Positions 59,826 to 64,000 of a stretch of DNA of 64,000 nucleotides are shown here, piece by piece (position 1 is the stretch's first letter; each line of letters opens with the position of its first letter). The position numbers were made by a program, and so were the translations under genes. The stretch comes from an uncultured Poribacteria bacterium (GTDB lineage: Bacteria; Poribacteria; WGA-4E; WGA-3G). A model generated the notes under the pieces. That model saw only the letters and a program-made list of their open reading frames with translations. It was not told the DNA's origin and ran no database searches. The stretch is from the NCBI GenBank assembly GCA_958296135.2, contig CATQHZ020000001.1, positions 1,856,001 to 1,920,000 on the forward strand, given 5' to 3'.

Positions 59826-60542
59826 TTACCCTGCCGCTGCAGCGTCCTCCGCTTCATCTTTACCGTACATCTCCTGCTTGTCAAAGCGGAAGATGAGCTC
59901 CGTACGGTCGAACGTGGAATACTCCACGCCTTCCAGCGAATCCTTCATCGTGAGGCACTCTGTCGGGCACACCTCGGTACAAAGCCCGCAATACATGCAG
60001 AGGGACATGTCGATGTCAAACTGACCGAGGTAGAAAACGACTTTGTTTCGGGTGACGATACGCGAAACTTCATCGCTTGAAAAGGTTTGGGTGCGGCTCG
60101 TGGCCCCCGATGCTTCAAACCGGTCGGCGACGACTTGCGGCCCTTGGCGCGAGGTGATGTTCGTGACTGTGAACGATTCGCCCGGTTTCACCTTCTCGCT
60201 GCCCTCAATGATGCCGATGACTTCGCGCCCATCTTTGAAATGCACGACGTTCATGCTATCCCAGAGTTGTTCGCCCTTCGGCAGTTTCGTGCCGGTTATC
60301 ATGATGCAATCGACTGGACAAATCATCTCGCATTTTTTGCACCCGATGCAATCCTCGATGCGGTTATAGAGCTGCCCGCGATATCCTTTTGGAATCTCCC
60401 GGACGTTCCGCTTCTTCTCATAATCGTGCTCATACGGGTATTGATGTGTCACTTCCGGTTCAAAGAATTGCCGAATCGTCACCCGCATCCCGACGAGCAC
60501 CGTCCAAACGCCCCTGTAAATGTTTCGTATGTATTTCTGCAT
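59826..60542 (-). CDS. nuoI: NADH-quinone oxidoreductase subunit I with an internal insertion
   Basis: T.QYP, CIGCKKCEMICP and CMYCGLCTEVCP ferredoxin motifs. Confidence 0.93.
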   Translation of the reverse strand: MQKYIRNIYRGVWTVLVGMRVTIRQFFEPEVTHQYPYEHDYEKKRNVREIPKGYRGQLYNRIEDCIGCKKCEMICPVDCIMITGTKLPKGEQLWDSMNVVHFKDGREVIGIIEGSEKVKPGESFTVTNITSRQGPQVVADRFEASGATSRTQTFSSDEVSRIVTRNKVVFYLGQFDIDMSLCMYCGLCTEVCPTECLTMKDSLEGVEYSTFDRTELIFRFDKQEMYGKDEAEDAAAAG

Positions 60543-60566
60543 GATGAAATTCTCCCGGTAAAAATT

Positions 60567-61823
60567 CTAAGCCGAACTCGGCTGTGCCTGCGATTTCTGC
60601 CCGAGGCTTCGGCCAACGAACACATACGCTTGGACAAGCCCTATTGAGATAATCGCGATGCTGATGCCGGTGCTGAGCGGTGTATCCTCTGGAAAAATGA
60701 GTCCCCATATCCCCGTGCCTAAAATGTTAAAGAAGGCGATGGGGATGAAGTATTTCCAACACAGATTCATCAGCTGATCGACGCGGAGGCGCGGGAGCGT
60801 CCAGCGCAGCCACATCATGAGGAAGACTAAGCCCATCGTTTTCATGACAAAACCGGGGAGTCCACCGAGGATGTCAAACCCGCCGCCAAAAACGGCTAAC
60901 TCTGGCAAAATCCCTTCCCAGCCGCCGAGGAAGAGCGTCACGGCAATCGCGCTCACGGCGAACATATTGGCGTACTCGGCAATAAAGAAGAGCGCGAACC
61001 GCATGCCACTATATTCCGTGTGGAACCCCGCAACGATTTCCGACTCCGCCTCCGGCAAATCAAACGGCGTGCGATTTACCTCGGCGATAGACGAAATAAA
61101 GAAGATAAAAAACGCGAAAAACGTAAACGGTGTGCGGAAGATGAGCCAATCCGAGATGCCGCCAGACTGGTTTGCCACAATCGCTTCCATGCTTAGGCTC
61201 TCAACGAGCATCACGACGGTGAGGATAGAAAGCCCGAGCGGAATTTCATAACTCACAATCTGTGCCGCCGAACGCAGCGAACCTAACAAGGACCACTTGC
61301 TATTCGAGGACCAGCCCGCCATAATAACACCCATGACTATCACAGACGATATCGCCATGATATAGAAGATGCCGATGTTAAAATTGCTGACGAGGATGTT
61401 CTGTCCGAACGGAATCGCGGCGAACACTGCAAACGAGCACGCGAAAATGACGTAGGGCGCAAGCAGAAAGAGGAGTTTATCGCCTTGTGGGGGGATGTAA
61501 TCCTCTTTAAAGAGGAGCTTCACGCCATCTGCAAGCGTTTGCAACAGTCCCCACGGGCCGACACGCATCGGACCTGTGCGGTTCTGAAACCGGGCGGCGA
61601 CTTTCCGCTCGGCGAGCACCAGCACCAACGGTAGCAACGGCACCACCGCAGCGAAAAGGCCTGCACATCCAAGCATGACGAGCACCATACCGAATTCCAC
61701 AGGGAAATGCGCTGCTGCCTCTTCTGGTAAGCGCGGAATGATGACGTTCCGAACAAACTCTTCCGCCCAATTTCCACCGGCGGAGTCCTGAGCAAAGAAA
61801 CCTTGAGATAAAATGTCTGGCAT
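60567..61823 (-). CDS. nuoH: NADH-quinone oxidoreductase subunit H
   Basis: ERKVAARFQNRTGP.RVGP, ADGVKLLFKED, NRTPFDLPEAESE. Confidence 0.96.
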   Translation of the reverse strand: MPDILSQGFFAQDSAGGNWAEEFVRNVIIPRLPEEAAAHFPVEFGMVLVMLGCAGLFAAVVPLLPLVLVLAERKVAARFQNRTGPMRVGPWGLLQTLADGVKLLFKEDYIPPQGDKLLFLLAPYVIFACSFAVFAAIPFGQNILVSNFNIGIFYIMAISSVIVMGVIMAGWSSNSKWSLLGSLRSAAQIVSYEIPLGLSILTVVMLVESLSMEAIVANQSGGISDWLIFRTPFTFFAFFIFFISSIAEVNRTPFDLPEAESEIVAGFHTEYSGMRFALFFIAEYANMFAVSAIAVTLFLGGWEGILPELAVFGGGFDILGGLPGFVMKTMGLVFLMMWLRWTLPRLRVDQLMNLCWKYFIPIAFFNILGTGIWGLIFPEDTPLSTGISIAIISIGLVQAYVFVGRSLGQKSQAQPSSA

Positions 61824-61863
61824 CTGACCTCCTATAAACAAACAGTTTCGGAAGCATTCGCTT

Positions 61864-63093
61864 CTACCGATCGACCTCGCCCATCACAATGTCGATACTA
61901 CCGATGATAGCGATGATATCCGCAACCATGAGCCCGCGGCTCAACTCCTGCAGCGCGCTCAAGGCACTGAAGCAAGGCGAGCGTCCCTTGACACGAACCG
62001 GTTTCGGTGTGCCATCGCTGATGATATAGAAGCCAAGCTCGCCGCGCGGTGCCTCGCTGCGAAAGTAGATCTCGCCCTTTGGCGGCCGGACAGCTTTTAA
62101 ATCCGCCATCACGGGGCCAGCGGGGAGCCCTTCCGCCAGAATCTGCCGCACAATCCGCACCGATTCTTTCATCTCGTCCATCCGAATTTTGTAGCGGCTC
62201 CAGCAATCCCCGACGACTGCCCCCAACTCCGGGACATCTCTCGCGACAGGCACGTCGAAATCAAATCTATCGTAGATGGAATAAGGCTCGTCTCTCCGAA
62301 GATCCCAGTCTACCCCGGAGCCGCGAAGATTCGGGCCTGTGGCACCATAACTGAGTGCCATCTCAGCGGACATGATGGCTACCCCGGTCGTGCGTTCACT
62401 GAAGATGCTGTTTTTCGTGAGGAGTTCGTTGTATTCGTCGATGAGCGGCTCGAAATAGTCCAGAAAACTTTCGATTTCGTCCAAAAAATGCTGTTCCGCC
62501 ACCGAGCCGGGCTCTATCGGGATGATTTCCGATACGCCGCCGATGCGGATGTAGTTATAGGTGAGTCGCGCGCCGCACACCTTCTCAAACAGCAGGAGCA
62601 GCCGTTCCCTGTCGCGAAAGGCGTAGAGAAACGGTGTGAACGCGCCGAGGTCCATCCCGTAGGTGCCAAACGAGAGCAAGTGGCTTGCAATGCGATTCAG
62701 TTCGCAGATGAGCACCCGCAAGTATTCGGCACGAGCCGGCACGGCAAACTTCCGTTTTTCGTCCGCTTCCAACAACTTTTCAACGGCGAGGCAGAACCCC
62801 CAATTCTGGTTCATCGCCGCAACATAATCCATTCTGTCGGTGAACGGGATAATCTGCGGATAGGAGAGGTTCTCCGAGTGTTTCTCAAAACAGCGGTGGA
62901 GGTACCCGATGTGCGGAATAGCCTCGCGCACCACTTCGCCTTCAAGTTTGAGCTCCAGCCGTAAAACGCCGTGTGTGCTTGGGTGTTGGGGGCCCATGTT
63001 CACCACCATCTCGTCGGCGAACGGTTTGAGCTCAATGATTTTGCTTTCTGTGTCGGGACTAGCAGTCCCATCTACTGGTTGTGCGGTTTCCAT
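61864..63093 (-). CDS. nuoD: NADH-quinone oxidoreductase subunit D
   Basis: NMGPQHPSTHGVLRL, GYLHR, DRMDY, EAPRGELG, DIVMGEVDR. Confidence 0.96.
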   Translation of the reverse strand: METAQPVDGTASPDTESKIIELKPFADEMVVNMGPQHPSTHGVLRLELKLEGEVVREAIPHIGYLHRCFEKHSENLSYPQIIPFTDRMDYVAAMNQNWGFCLAVEKLLEADEKRKFAVPARAEYLRVLICELNRIASHLLSFGTYGMDLGAFTPFLYAFRDRERLLLLFEKVCGARLTYNYIRIGGVSEIIPIEPGSVAEQHFLDEIESFLDYFEPLIDEYNELLTKNSIFSERTTGVAIMSAEMALSYGATGPNLRGSGVDWDLRRDEPYSIYDRFDFDVPVARDVPELGAVVGDCWSRYKIRMDEMKESVRIVRQILAEGLPAGPVMADLKAVRPPKGEIYFRSEAPRGELGFYIISDGTPKPVRVKGRSPCFSALSALQELSRGLMVADIIAIIGSIDIVMGEVDR

Positions 63094-63223
63094 AGTGTCG
63101 CGCTCGCGCCGCGAGATGCCTATAGACATTGCAGTCCTAACGGACTGCTTCTGGCGGTGATGCTCATCGCTCCTCTGTGCCTTAAGTCTGTGATCGGTGC
63201 CTATCAATTTTTACTACGGTAAA

Positions 63224-63252
63224 ATTATACCATTTTTACGGTTAAATGTCAA
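63224..63252 (-). promoter_or_regulatory. Consensus sigma70 promoter directly upstream of nuoD
   Basis: TTGACA-N17-TATAAT. Confidence 0.8.
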
Positions 63253-63456
63253 ATTTTAATAACCGATTTTTCCGATTTGCCATATTCAACAAAAAGTGCA
63301 TCCGCGATTTCTGTAAGCGTTTCATCCGATGTTCGGGCTCGCCCAAGCCCGAACTACAGACAGGGAGAACTGAATTGTTATAAGAAAAACCATCGCGAGA
63401 TGCAGTGCGTGGGCGGAACGTTTGTATCCGCCCATAGAACCATCGCGCCCGACGCG

Positions 63457-63699
63457 CTACATTAACGCTTCTTCAACAACCTCGGGGAGCACGACTGTAC
63501 TCGGATCAACATCGATGGGGTATTCAGTGCCGTAAGCCGCCACGAGTTCATCAAAGGTGACGTTGTCAACGCGCACCAACTCATCGCCGGGGTGGACAAG
63601 CCACACGCCATAACACCCATCGCAACTGACAAGAGCTACGTCCACTTGTTCGATCGGGAACTGCGTCAGCGGGTTGTTGCAATCAGGACAAGGTAGCAT
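63457..63699 (-). CDS. Small zinc-ribbon (zf-TFIIB-like) protein
   Basis: CPDC...CDGCYGVW; RBS AGGAGGAG. Confidence 0.7.
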   Translation of the reverse strand: MLPCPDCNNPLTQFPIEQVDVALVSCDGCYGVWLVHPGDELVRVDNVTFDELVAAYGTEYPIDVDPSTVVLPEVVEEALM

Positions 63700-63732
63700 G
63701 TCACTCCTCCTTTGCGGGGAAATACCCCGCGG

Positions 63733-64000
63733 TTAGCCAGCGGCTGGCGCGAAGGTTTCAGGGTTCTCCGCCGCCGCATCGTAATCGTCAATAAGTTGCG
63801 TAATGCTCGGATTTTCGCCACAAATCGGGCAGTCTGCGTCGCGGTAAATTTTCACCTCACGATACGTCATACCGAGTGCTTCATAGAGAATCAACCGGCC
63901 GATGAGTGGTTCACCGATACCGATAATGTATTTAATCGCCTCGGTCGCCATCATGACACCAATTATGCCCGGGAGCACGCCCAGGACACCCGCCTCGCTT
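63733..64000 (-). CDS. moeB: MoeB/ThiF adenylyltransferase, C-terminal part
   Basis: EAGVLGVLPGIIGVMMATEAIK..GEPLIGRL..CPICG. Confidence 0.85.
   Translation of the reverse strand, partial: SEAGVLGVLPGIIGVMMATEAIKYIIGIGEPLIGRLILYEALGMTYREVKIYRDADCPICGENPSITQLIDDYDAAAENPETFAPAAG

Overview
Bacterial chromosomal window that is gene-dense, with near-consensus sigma70 promoters. The gene mix (three PhyH dioxygenases, four Gfo/Idh/MocA oxidoreductases, Uma2, a PSCyt/DUF1553+DUF1501 pair, TPR proteins) suggests a Candidatus Poribacteria-like organism; this is inference only. Housekeeping genes are pcm, sppA, queF, bioF, a rimK-like ligase, two tRNAs, a nuoD-H-I-J-K-L-M-N operon and partial moeB. Three accessory defence loci stand out. 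(1) An orphan Type III mod gene is broken at a G9 tract. (2) A Type III res-mod locus has its mod also broken at a G9 tract, with the mod 5' end duplicated around HicA/HicB genes. (3) A cluster holds GmrSD, an ADP-ribosylglycohydrolase and a two-gene operon: a TIR-TPR protein fused to a Type IIG-like specificity domain, plus an ABC-ATPase-HEPN protein. That operon is the best candidate for an undescribed system. GTAG/GTAA-headed REP-like palindromes pervade the window: they sit in-frame inside at least six proteins, supply stop codons to about seven genes and form a 47-bp tandem array. An ORF missing from the track, a 57-aa NuoM-N-terminus paralog, lies between nuoL and nuoM. All calls come from reading motifs by eye; no searches were run.
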